Origin: Lentisphaeria bacterium
GTDB lineage: Bacteria; Verrucomicrobiota; Lentisphaeria; Victivallales; JAADHT01
Direction of reading: 5' to 3'
DNA: 53,466 bases
Assembly: GCA_015486135.1 (NCBI GenBank)
Contig: WFSE01000009.1
Span: forward strand, 1-53,466
The notes under the pieces were generated by a model. That model saw only the letters and a list, made by a program, of their open reading frames with translations, had not been told where the DNA came from and did no database searches. The translations under genes and the position numbers were made by a program. Shown here piece after piece: positions 29,895 to 38,859 of the stretch (position 1 is its first letter; each line of letters starts with the position of its first letter).

Positions 29895-31073
29895 CTATCT
29901 AAGCTTGGAAAGCCACTTGTCCATCAACTTTCCAGCGGGTTCGCGGCCACCCAGTCCAAACGCCAGAATAATGGTCAGGGACAACGTGCCGAGGGTGAAC
30001 ATGAATGTCATCTCGATGATGTGTTGCGCTACACCCATCGTGTGGAGCCCCATGGCTAAGACCAGGAACAAGATGGACACCCTGGCCACCACGGGCAGCA
30101 ACGGCGATTTGGTGGTCTGCTTGAGCTTGTCCCGGGCGAATATGGCGATGAGATTTCCTATGCCGAGGACTATCAGTCCGAGAACAACCTTGCCGGATAG
30201 TAACAGTAGTTGCGTCAGAATCTCGGGAAGATTCTCTATTTTGAGATATTCCACCGCCGCTTCCGCCGCCGCGAGCATTACGAAGAAGAACGCCAGACGA
30301 CCGCAGAACTGGGAAAACGTAGTCTTTTTGAACATGTCTTTGGCGCCAATCTTTTCGGGAATAACATCGGCTCCCATGCTCGAGAGTAACTCCGCCAGGA
30401 ACCCGGTGGCCAGCTTGCCTATGACATATGATACGACAAGCACGAGAGCCGCGGCGATCATGTACGGTATCGCTTCGGAAAGCCGCTCGATCAACGCTTT
30501 CGCCGGTGCGGAAATAGCGTCAATATGCAGGGTGTCGAGAGACGTTATCGCCACGGGAATGAATATGACGATAAATACCAGCTGACTCAGGAGTTTGGAT
30601 ATGCTGGCGGATTTGCCCAGCCCCATTTTTGGCGCCAGGGAGTCCATCCCGCTCGCCGCCGCTAGCACAATGCTGGATATGATTTTCGCTAAAATATACC
30701 CGAAAAAGGCGATGAACGCCGCTCCCACGATGTTGGGAATCATCAGGATAAACTTCCCGAACATCTGCGTCACTGGTGCGAGAACATCATTTTTGACCTG
30801 AAGAATGTTCAGCGTGACAATGAGGACATACACGAGTAGGACGTAGTAGACCAACTTCGCTATGATGGACTCGATCTTGACGGGCTTTCCTTCCGTCTTG
30901 CGGTTCAGCCACTCGTCCATCTTGAGGTGGCGTAGAAGTGACGACACGCAGGCTTGGACGAACTTGCAGATGAGCCATCCGATGATAAATACCACCAACG
31001 CCTTGAGAACGATTGGAACTTGCTCCGCCAAAGGCTTGAACCATTCCACGATCTGGTCTTTCATCTCGCCCAT
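29895..31073 (-). CDS. Conserved TM-helix repeat protein (CmpX/MscS-associated family)
   Basis: Repeated IPNIVGA/IPYMIAA units and C-terminal ILAFGLGGRE; start trimmed to MGEMKD, RBS AGGAGGAG. Confidence 0.82.
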   Translation of the reverse strand: MGEMKDQIVEWFKPLAEQVPIVLKALVVFIIGWLICKFVQACVSSLLRHLKMDEWLNRKTEGKPVKIESIIAKLVYYVLLVYVLIVTLNILQVKNDVLAPVTQMFGKFILMIPNIVGAAFIAFFGYILAKIISSIVLAAASGMDSLAPKMGLGKSASISKLLSQLVFIVIFIPVAITSLDTLHIDAISAPAKALIERLSEAIPYMIAAALVLVVSYVIGKLATGFLAELLSSMGADVIPEKIGAKDMFKKTTFSQFCGRLAFFFVMLAAAEAAVEYLKIENLPEILTQLLLLSGKVVLGLIVLGIGNLIAIFARDKLKQTTKSPLLPVVARVSILFLVLAMGLHTMGVAQHIIEMTFMFTLGTLSLTIILAFGLGGREPAGKLMDKWLSKLR

Positions 31074-31323
31074 TTTTCTCCTCCTGCTATTGCCCCTCTG
31101 AACCCCCTCGGGCGCCTCCAAATGCCCCCGAGAACGCACCAAGGCGTACTATAACCTTTTCAAACGACCTTGTCAAGCCCCGCGCCAGTTGAATCCAAAC
31201 GCCGGCGAACGTTGGAGTAGCCCCCTCGTGGCCTCGTCGGATACTGTAATATTGAATGGCACGCTTTATGCTTCACATCACTTGGGCAAGGGCGGACACA
31301 CCGCCGAAAGGAGGGTAGGTCGG

Positions 31324-31770
31324 ATGGCTTACATTCACACATGCCAGAATTGCGGACGGCAATACACCGTCTACAAAGAGGGGGCGTACATCTGCGATTG
31401 CGGAGCGTTGTACCAGTATCCCGCGATTTCCGCGCCGAAGGCAAGATACGCGGCGACCGCGCCGGTTTGCCTGGATGCCTCCAGCCGTAGCTTCAAGCGT
31501 TCCGAGAGGAGCCGTCGCGAATTTTATCATCCGCACCACCTCAGGGTCGAGGAATGTCCTTTGGCGAAAGCATCGTTGCTGTGTGCGATTCTTAGCATCC
31601 CGTTCTTTGGATTGCCAGCCCTGCCAGGCTTGGTTTTCGGGTTCGGCGCGCGGGTTATGATCGCCAATCCCAAGTATCATTATATCGGCAATGGAACGGC
31701 TACGGCCGGCATTGTGGTTTCCACTATAAGCATCACCGTTTGGGCGGCGTGCCTTATCTTGGCGTTGTAG
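31324..31770 (+). CDS. Zn-ribbon plus DUF4190-like membrane protein
   Basis: CQNCG...CDCG; AKASLLCAILS...GNGTATAGIV; RBS AAGGAGG. Confidence 0.7.
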   Translation: MAYIHTCQNCGRQYTVYKEGAYICDCGALYQYPAISAPKARYAATAPVCLDASSRSFKRSERSRREFYHPHHLRVEECPLAKASLLCAILSIPFFGLPALPGLVFGFGARVMIANPKYHYIGNGTATAGIVVSTISITVWAACLILAL

Positions 31771-31790
31771 TCTCCAAACACAGGAGAACG

Positions 31791-31954
31791 GCGGTGCGGT
31801 TCCGGCTTTAGCGGAATTGGCAAGAGCCTCAAAACGCTAGTCGGTTCCAAGGGGTTTAGGGGCGTCACTCCCAGAGTCTTGGAGATGCCATCCCCACTAA
31901 AAACAAGATTAACCCCCGTCATACTCAAACACTTGCCAATTATTCAGCAGGCCC
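31791..31954 (+). mobile_element. MITE-like structured repeat (copy)
   Basis: Colinear with 18-177 over ~160 bp. Confidence 0.82.
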
Positions 31955-32055
31955 CGAAGCGGGAAGCGTTAGCGCGGAGGGCGCCTATATCATGCGAAGC
32001 CGGGGGGGCGCTTCCGGTTTTTTCAGGAATAGTGGTGGTATTTGTTGTTTCCAGC

Positions 32056-32083
32056 TTGACTTTCGTATAAATACTACTATATT
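32056..32083 (+). promoter_or_regulatory. Putative sigma70 promoter of the cupredoxin operon
   Basis: TTGACT-N16-TATATT. Confidence 0.55.
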
Positions 32084-32133
32084 TGTAGGGATTTGCGGGT
32101 TTTTAGTTTGCCGGGATTCTCTAGGAGCGGATT

Positions 32134-32679
32134 ATGGGAGCGTCGAGGAAAGAATTGCTGTTCAGGGTTGGCGGGGTGATCGGGCTGGCGCTGTTGTTGG
32201 TTTTCACCATGTGGACTCGGCAACGTTCCGTTACCGCCAACCACGAAGGCGGGGATGCCGTCAAGGAGGAGCACGACCACTCCAATCCGGCGGAGCATGG
32301 CGACGTGAAGGGTGGCGAACTGTCTTCAGGGGATGTCGAGCTCAAGCCTAGCGGCAAGGTTGTCGACGGGAAAAGGGTTGTCGATTACGAGGCGTTCAAA
32401 TTCGGGTTTTCGCCCGACCCGTTGGTGGTGTTTAGCGGCGAGACCGTGGTGTTGAAGCTGAAAAGCCGCGATGTCGAGCACGGGATTATGATTCCGGAAG
32501 TCGATTTTAATTCGCCTATTCCGCCTAGCAAGACGACAACCAAATCGTTCACCGCTCCCGTCAAGCCGGGAAGATATCCCATTTTTTGCAGCACCTATTG
32601 CGGCGCGGACCACGGGAACATGCGCGGTGTTATGGTGGTGGTCCCGTCCGAAGCTACCGAAAAACCACATCACAAGTGA
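32134..32679 (+). CDS. Membrane-anchored CuA-type cupredoxin domain protein
   Basis: DVEHG...CSTYCGADHGNM (H...CxxxCxxxHxxM); N-terminal TM helix; His-rich linker. Confidence 0.88.
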   Translation: MGASRKELLFRVGGVIGLALLLVFTMWTRQRSVTANHEGGDAVKEEHDHSNPAEHGDVKGGELSSGDVELKPSGKVVDGKRVVDYEAFKFGFSPDPLVVFSGETVVLKLKSRDVEHGIMIPEVDFNSPIPPSKTTTKSFTAPVKPGRYPIFCSTYCGADHGNMRGVMVVVPSEATEKPHHK

Positions 32680-32704
32680 GGTGTCCGTGTCGTTCCTCAA
32701 AAAC

Positions 32705-33427
32705 ATGAAAGTGCGGATCCTGTTGTTGCTGGCCGCGCTTTTCGCGGTGGCGGTCTATCGAAATTCCGGAGAGGCTGGCGTTTATCTCTCTCAATGCGTT
32801 TTTGGCGTGTTGACCGCGATTTTCGCGCAATGCGCGTTTTTTGGGAACGCTAGTAAGACATCTCTCCAGAGCGCTGCGATAACCGGCATGATAGTTGCGA
32901 TGTTGTTGGCGCCAGGCATAGACGGGAGGATTCTCTGGGTCGCCGTGGCCGCTGCGATAGCGTCAAAATCACTGGCCAGGTTTCCCTCCGGGCCGCATAT
33001 GTTCAACCCGGCGGCGTTGGGGCTGGTGCTGGCGACGTGCCTCTTCGGCAACAAGATAAACTGGTGGGGTTTGTCCAATCCGTATATCGCTATTGTTGTC
33101 GGGGGATTCATTCTATACAGGTTGAGGAGATTGTCCCTTGTCTTTTCGTATATACTTTTCCGGATGGTTGGCGCGTGGATTCTGAACGCCGGCTCGTTAT
33201 CGATCGACACGCTGGCGTTGCATAATCTTTTCTTCGCGTTCATAATGGTAGTGGAACCGAAAACAACCCCCTCCGACAGATGGAGCCAGTGGCGATTCGG
33301 GGGTGGTGTTGGTTTGTTGTCGGCGTTGTCGGCAACCCTTATTTCTGGGTTCGACGGCGACCTTTTGGCCCTTCTGGCGATGAATCTTGTCCGCCCGCTC
33401 CTGCGAAGGCAATCGACGTGCCGATAG
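32705..33427 (+). CDS. Short RnfD/NqrB-like membrane protein
   Basis: AIASK...HMFNPAALG and FFAFIMVVEPKTTP motifs; start uncertain. Confidence 0.78.
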   Translation: MKVRILLLLAALFAVAVYRNSGEAGVYLSQCVFGVLTAIFAQCAFFGNASKTSLQSAAITGMIVAMLLAPGIDGRILWVAVAAAIASKSLARFPSGPHMFNPAALGLVLATCLFGNKINWWGLSNPYIAIVVGGFILYRLRRLSLVFSYILFRMVGAWILNAGSLSIDTLALHNLFFAFIMVVEPKTTPSDRWSQWRFGGGVGLLSALSATLISGFDGDLLALLAMNLVRPLLRRQSTCR

Positions 33428-33502
33428 ATTTTTGAATCCACGAAAAACACGAAAGGCGATTCGGAATCCCAAAGCGTTGGTATTCACCTGTGATTCCATA
33501 GA

Positions 33503-34327
33503 TCACGCACTATTCGTTTCTGCTTCCTTTAGCTTCTTGATTCGGTTGTCATTAGTCAACAGACGCATCTGTTGGATTGCAGTGTTGTTCAGGAGTTTCA
33601 ATCTTTCGGGTTGAGGCATGTTCTGTTGGACAAAATGAGCGTTCAGAGTCTCAAGGTTGGCAAGACAAACTAGCTGTGAGACATTAGCGTAGTCGCGAAT
33701 ATTCCCTTGTTTATCAGGATGTTCATCCCGCCACTGTTGCGCTGTTTTTCCGAACAGCGCCATATTGAGCAAATCAGCTTCCGAAGCGTAAATGGCGCTT
33801 ATTTGCCGCTGAGTCAGTTCCGGTGGTATCAGATTTTCTTTTACAGCGTTGGTGTGAATACGATAGTTGATTTTAGTTAGTTGACGTTTGACATCCCATC
33901 CGAGCTGTTTCTGCTCTTCTTTCTTGAGTCGTTGAAATTCTTTAACCAGATAAATTTTGAATTCGGCACTTATCCACATGCCAAACTCAAATGCGATATC
34001 CGGATGGGCATAGGTGCCGCCATAGCGACCCGCTTTTGCCTGCAAGCCAATGGCATTGGTTTTAGCAACCCATTCTTTCACACTGATTTTGTAGCTATTG
34101 AGACCTGCTTGACTTTTAATTATGGCGAATTCGCCATAATTAAAATCGGGGTTGTGTACCCGTTCCCATATGCCAAGATATTCAACGGTATTCCGATTTC
34201 TAAGCCAGTCTGTGATAAAAAAATTACCATCCTTTGATCGCAACATATCCGTCAAGGATATATAATCCTCTTTTGTAACACGAATCTCCTCGTTTAACAC
34301 AGTGATGGTTTTAGTTTTTTTTGACAT
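33503..34327 (-). CDS. KilA-N domain DNA-binding protein
   Basis: DYISLTDM, WLRNRNTVEYLGIWE and GRYGGTYAHPDIAFEF motifs; visibly AT-richer than its neighbours. Confidence 0.93.
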   Translation of the reverse strand: MSKKTKTITVLNEEIRVTKEDYISLTDMLRSKDGNFFITDWLRNRNTVEYLGIWERVHNPDFNYGEFAIIKSQAGLNSYKISVKEWVAKTNAIGLQAKAGRYGGTYAHPDIAFEFGMWISAEFKIYLVKEFQRLKKEEQKQLGWDVKRQLTKINYRIHTNAVKENLIPPELTQRQISAIYASEADLLNMALFGKTAQQWRDEHPDKQGNIRDYANVSQLVCLANLETLNAHFVQQNMPQPERLKLLNNTAIQQMRLLTNDNRIKKLKEAETNSA

Positions 34328-34400
34328 GCCCATCTCTCGATCTCTGTGGCAATCGTATCTATATCCGCATGTGGTGCGGAAAAAATCCACCCTAAATGTA

Positions 34401-34728
34401 GGGCTCACTGAATAATTGGCAAGCGCTTAATTTTCACTGGGTTAAGCCTTTTTTCAATGGTGTCATCTCCAAGCACACGTTCGTGTGTTTTGAATGCGCC
34501 CCTCGCTCCGCTTGGGCGCCACGAGAGCGATCCTCTCAAACCCCTTGGAGCCGAGTAGCATTTTGAGGCACTTGCCAATTCCGCGAAAGCCGGGAACGGG
34601 CCATTGGCGGCGTTAATTTCGCCTAGGAGTGCGAAGCATCCTTCCGTTCGCTCCGCGAACCCTGTCGGGCTTTGCGGAAGGACTCATTGCCTAGCCACTA
34701 ACCCGTTCTCGACTTTTTTAGCAAGCCC
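34401..34728 (-). mobile_element. MITE-like element, longest copy, with both termini and an apparent target duplication
   Basis: GGGCTCACTGAATAA...TTTTTTAGCAAGCCC flanked by TAAATGTA / TAATGTA. Confidence 0.8.
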
Positions 34729-34729
34729 T

Positions 34730-34852
34730 AATGTAGGGGACGGTTGAGTAATTGCCAAGCGATCTACGGCGATTGAATTGAAAAGATGTAGGGGGCCTGA
34801 GTGTTCGCCCTAATTAGTGTTGATTAGTGTCCATTCGTGGTTCGAAAATCTT
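34730..34852 (+). repeat. Composite direct repeat, copy 1
   Basis: Homologous to 42550-42763; 41 bp identical (34812-34852 = 42723-42763). Confidence 0.85.
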
Positions 34853-34862
34853 CGGGGCGATT

Positions 34863-37800
34863 TTATTTCCGTTTGCGGCGGAGTTCGAATTCCTTGATGG
34901 CGCAATAGAGGACGGGGACGATAAGCATTGTCATAACCTCGATTAGCATGCCGCCGAAGGATGGTATGGCCATCGGGATCATGATGTCCGAGCCGCGTCC
35001 GGTGGAAGTGAGGACCGGCAGGAGCGCCAGGATGGTCGTGGCGGTGGTTATCAAGGCCGGGCGAATGCGGTGTTTTCCCGCTTCCAGGACGGCGTCCCTG
35101 ATCTCCGCGACACTTTCGCGTTTTTTGCTACGGAATATGTCGGAGAGATAGGTGCCGATAACCACGCCGTCGTCGGTGGCGATACCGAACAGGGCGAGGA
35201 AGCCCACCCATACAGCCACGCTGAGGTTGACCGTGTGTATTTGGAAGAGATCTCTCAAATCGACACCGGCGATTGAGAAGTTCATGAACCAATCCTGTCC
35301 GTAGAGCCATATCAGGATAAAGCCCCCCGACCACGCCACGGCGATTCCGGAGAAGACCAGAGTCGTGGTGGGGAATGATTTGAATTGGAAGTAGAGAATC
35401 ATAAAGATGATGAAGAGCGCTATCGGAAGTACCACGACCAAAGTTTTCCTAGCTCGGATCTGGTTTTTGTAGTTTCCGGCGAAGGTGTAGCTGACTCCGG
35501 CGGGGATGACCAGTTCCCCCGATTTTATCTTGCTCTCGAGGAATTGCCGCGCGTTTTCCACCACGTCGGTTTCGGCGATTCCCTTCTTTTTGTCGAAGAG
35601 AAGATAGCCGGTGAGGAAGGTGTCCTCGCTTTTGATGACCTGCGGTCCTGGCGTGTATCTGATGGTGGCGAGTTCCCGGAGGGGAATCTGCTGTCCCGAC
35701 GGGGTGGGGATTATGATGTCGCCGAGCGATTCTATATTGTCGCGTAATTCGCGGAAATAACGCACCCTCACGGGGTAGCGTTCGCGGCCTTCGACTGTTC
35801 TTGTGATTGTCTTTCCGCCCACGGCGACCTCTATGACATCCTGCACATCTTGGATGAGGAGCCCGTATCTGGCTATTTTCTCCCGGTTTATCTCGATTTC
35901 GAGGTAGGGCTTGCCGATTATCCTGTCTGCGAAGACGGAGTTGGGTTCGACTCCTGGGACTTCCTTGAGGAGTTTCTCCATCGCCAGTCCGGTTTTTTCT
36001 ATCGTTTCCAGGTCCGGGCCTTTGATCTTGATTCCCATCGGCGCCCGCATGCCGCTTTGGAGCATGACGATTCTGGCGGCTATGGGCTGGAGCTTGGGTG
36101 CGGAAGTCGCGCCGGGGATGTTGCCGGCTTTAACTATTTCATCCCATATGTCCTGAGGACTGCGAATGCCTTGCCAAGGGGCTCTGCCTGGATTTAGTTC
36201 GGGGTCTAGCGGGGGCCTCCATAGCCGGAAGGGAGCGCCGTCGGGATCCGGGATGAGCGCGCCGTCGGCGGTTCTAGCGAACTTGCCTTTCACGAAATAC
36301 GGTTCGCCGTCGAGAGCGTTCACCGGGTTACCGACTTCGTCGCGGAAATAGTCTTTCGCTTCCGTGTTGCACTTGAAGAGGAGATAGCGGCCCTTTTTAT
36401 CCGATATGAATTCGGGTTTGTAGTTTATCACTGTTTCGACCATGGATATCGGCGCGGGGTCGAGCGCGGTTTCCGCGCGGCCGAGTTTTCCCACCGCCGA
36501 TTTGATCTCGGGGATTCGCTCGAACGCCATGTCCTGTTTGCGCATTATGTCCATGGCCTCGCCTATGGACGCGTGCGGCATCGTTGTCGGCATATAGAGG
36601 AAGGAGCCTTCGTCGAGGCTGGGCATGAACTCGTTGCCCAGTCCGGGGAAGACGCTAGCGGCGTAGGTGTAAACGGGGGTTTTCTTGACGAACCCGGGGA
36701 GCCAGCCAAAGACCTTGCCGAATCCCAGCCACGCCACGGGGCCTAGGATTACCACCGCCAAGGGGATTGTTAGAAAGAGCGCTTTGTGTTTAAGGCAGAA
36801 GGCTAGAAGAGTCGGGTAAACCTTTTGGAAGAGGAGAAATCCTCCGAGGAGCGCGCCTATTGGCAATGTCACCGCCATGAGATTCTTGAAGAAGCCCGCC
36901 GAGGGGCCCAAGGGAAGCCAATGGTCGGTTAGATACACGGCGACTACGGCTACCGCTAGAATGTTGGCGACGATGAAAACGATTCTGCCCGCTCGTCCGG
37001 TCGTCCATTGCGAAATGCGCAGGGCCCGCGCCAAGCGTCCCGCCTTTTTGAAGGGGGTCCAAGTGAAAAGGACATGGGCAAAGGCGGGAAGGATGAAGAG
37101 GGCGACGAGCACAGACGCCATCAAGGTGAAGGTTTTGGTGAACGCCAACGGCTTGAAAAGTTTGCCTTCGGGACCGACCATGGTGAAGACGGGGAGGAAG
37201 CTAACCACCGTGGTTAGGATGGCGGTTAAGACGGCCCCGCCGACCTCGCTGACCGCTTTGTAAACGGTGTCGAGCGTATTGGCGCCTTTCGGCGCCCGCC
37301 CCAAGTGTGTGATTATGTTCTCGCATATCACGGTTCCCATGTCCACTATGGTTCCGATGGCGATGGCGATACCCGAGAGCGCCACGATGTTGGCGTCCAC
37401 GCGGAACAACCTCATGGCGATGAAGCACACCAGCACGGTGAGCGGTAAAGTGGCGGATATTATCATGGAGCTGCGCAGATGCATGAGCATGACGATGATG
37501 ACGATGATCGTGACCAGAATCTCCTCGACAAGCGCGGTGTTAAGCGTATCCAACGTTTCGTTTATGAGGGATGTCCGGTCGTAGAACGGAACTATCGTCA
37601 CCTTGCTCGTTGTGATCCACTTCGGCCATTCGGCCCGGGGCGTTTTGTTCAAGAACTTCATCCAGGCCGCATTGTCTAATGTCATCCCGTTTGCGGCATA
37701 CGCGTTGAACCCGTGTTTTTTCGCGAACGCCGCGACATCGTCCGCTGAGGTCCGCGCGTAGTCGACAACGGGCTTCAGCGGGAGTCCCGGCGATATTTCC

Positions 37801-38801
37801 TTGATTTTCGCTTTCAGGTTTTTTATGGCGGCCAATGGATTTTCGCCGTATCGGACAATGGCCACGCCTCCGACGGCCTCCGCCCCGCCCTTGTCCAAGG
37901 CTCCGCGGCGCAAGGCCGGCCCCAAGGATACCGCGCCGATATTTTTTACATATATCGGGACATTGTCCTTCATCTTGACGACGATCTCTTCTACGTCTTT
38001 CACCGAATGGATAAAGCCGAGTCCCCGTATGACGTATTCGACCTTGTTGACCTCTATTGTTCTAGCGCCGACATCGACGTTGCTTCTTCTGACGGCGTTG
38101 AAGATATTTCTGAGGGATACCCCGTACATCCTCATGGCATCGGGGTCGACATCGATTTGGTATTCCTTGACGAATCCGCCGACCGACGCGACCTCGCTTA
38201 TGCCGTCGGCGGAGAGAAGGCCGTACCGCGCATACCAGTCTTGGATTGAGCGTAATTCGTCCAAATCCCATCCGCCGGCCGGCTTGCCGTCGGGGTCGCG
38301 TCCTTCCAGCGTGTACCAGTATATTTGGCCAAGCCCTGTGGCGTCCGGGCCGAGAGCGGGTTTGACACCCGGCGGGAGAGTTCCCGCGGGGAGGCTGTTC
38401 AATTTCTCCAGCACCCTGCTTCGGGACCAATAGAAATCGACATTTTCCTTGAAGATCACGCTTATGCTCGAAAATCCGAACATGGATGAGCTACGGACGG
38501 TTTTGACTCCGGGGAGACCGAGCATCGACACCGTCAGCGGATAGGTAATTTGGTCCTCTATGTCTTGCGGGGAGCGCCCAGGCCAGGCGGTGAAGACTAT
38601 CTGCTGGTTTTCGCCTATATCCGGGATGGCGTCCACCGGCACTGGCGAGCGTGGCATCCAGTCGATGTTCCAGTCGAATGGCGCCACTGCGATTCCCCAA
38701 AACACGCACGCGGCGGTGGCGAGTAGGACGACCAGTTTGTTTTTCAGGCAAAACAGTATCGCGGAATCGAGGAGTGATTTTTTCTCGTTCGAAGGTTCCA
38801 T
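34863..38801 (-). CDS. cusA: CusA/CzcA-family heavy-metal RND efflux permease
   Basis: VDAIPDIGENQQIV, GPDATGLG, FMPSLDEGSFLYMP and GFLALFGIATDDGV motifs. Confidence 0.93.
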   Translation of the reverse strand: MEPSNEKKSLLDSAILFCLKNKLVVLLATAACVFWGIAVAPFDWNIDWMPRSPVPVDAIPDIGENQQIVFTAWPGRSPQDIEDQITYPLTVSMLGLPGVKTVRSSSMFGFSSISVIFKENVDFYWSRSRVLEKLNSLPAGTLPPGVKPALGPDATGLGQIYWYTLEGRDPDGKPAGGWDLDELRSIQDWYARYGLLSADGISEVASVGGFVKEYQIDVDPDAMRMYGVSLRNIFNAVRRSNVDVGARTIEVNKVEYVIRGLGFIHSVKDVEEIVVKMKDNVPIYVKNIGAVSLGPALRRGALDKGGAEAVGGVAIVRYGENPLAAIKNLKAKIKEISPGLPLKPVVDYARTSADDVAAFAKKHGFNAYAANGMTLDNAAWMKFLNKTPRAEWPKWITTSKVTIVPFYDRTSLINETLDTLNTALVEEILVTIIVIIVMLMHLRSSMIISATLPLTVLVCFIAMRLFRVDANIVALSGIAIAIGTIVDMGTVICENIITHLGRAPKGANTLDTVYKAVSEVGGAVLTAILTTVVSFLPVFTMVGPEGKLFKPLAFTKTFTLMASVLVALFILPAFAHVLFTWTPFKKAGRLARALRISQWTTGRAGRIVFIVANILAVAVVAVYLTDHWLPLGPSAGFFKNLMAVTLPIGALLGGFLLFQKVYPTLLAFCLKHKALFLTIPLAVVILGPVAWLGFGKVFGWLPGFVKKTPVYTYAASVFPGLGNEFMPSLDEGSFLYMPTTMPHASIGEAMDIMRKQDMAFERIPEIKSAVGKLGRAETALDPAPISMVETVINYKPEFISDKKGRYLLFKCNTEAKDYFRDEVGNPVNALDGEPYFVKGKFARTADGALIPDPDGAPFRLWRPPLDPELNPGRAPWQGIRSPQDIWDEIVKAGNIPGATSAPKLQPIAARIVMLQSGMRAPMGIKIKGPDLETIEKTGLAMEKLLKEVPGVEPNSVFADRIIGKPYLEIEINREKIARYGLLIQDVQDVIEVAVGGKTITRTVEGRERYPVRVRYFRELRDNIESLGDIIIPTPSGQQIPLRELATIRYTPGPQVIKSEDTFLTGYLLFDKKKGIAETDVVENARQFLESKIKSGELVIPAGVSYTFAGNYKNQIRARKTLVVVLPIALFIIFMILYFQFKSFPTTTLVFSGIAVAWSGGFILIWLYGQDWFMNFSIAGVDLRDLFQIHTVNLSVAVWVGFLALFGIATDDGVVIGTYLSDIFRSKKRESVAEIRDAVLEAGKHRIRPALITTATTILALLPVLTSTGRGSDIMIPMAIPSFGGMLIEVMTMLIVPVLYCAIKEFELRRKRK

Positions 38802-38859
38802 GCCGTTTCCCGTTATTTTTCCTGTTTTGGGGGATTGGTTCAGTGGCGCTGTCCCGTTC

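Noticed and set aside
32071-32088. Possible NrdR box or copper-regulator operator
   Set aside because: Spacing does not fit the NrdR consensus and no ribonucleotide reductase gene is present; the palindrome is weak.
32134-33427. Calling these genes coxB and rnfD
   Set aside because: Partner subunits are absent and both proteins are shorter than the canonical ones, so only family-level calls are supported.
33481-33491. TATTCACCTGT resembling the RAYT terminal repeat
   Set aside because: Lacks the CCCTA end; too short to distinguish from chance.
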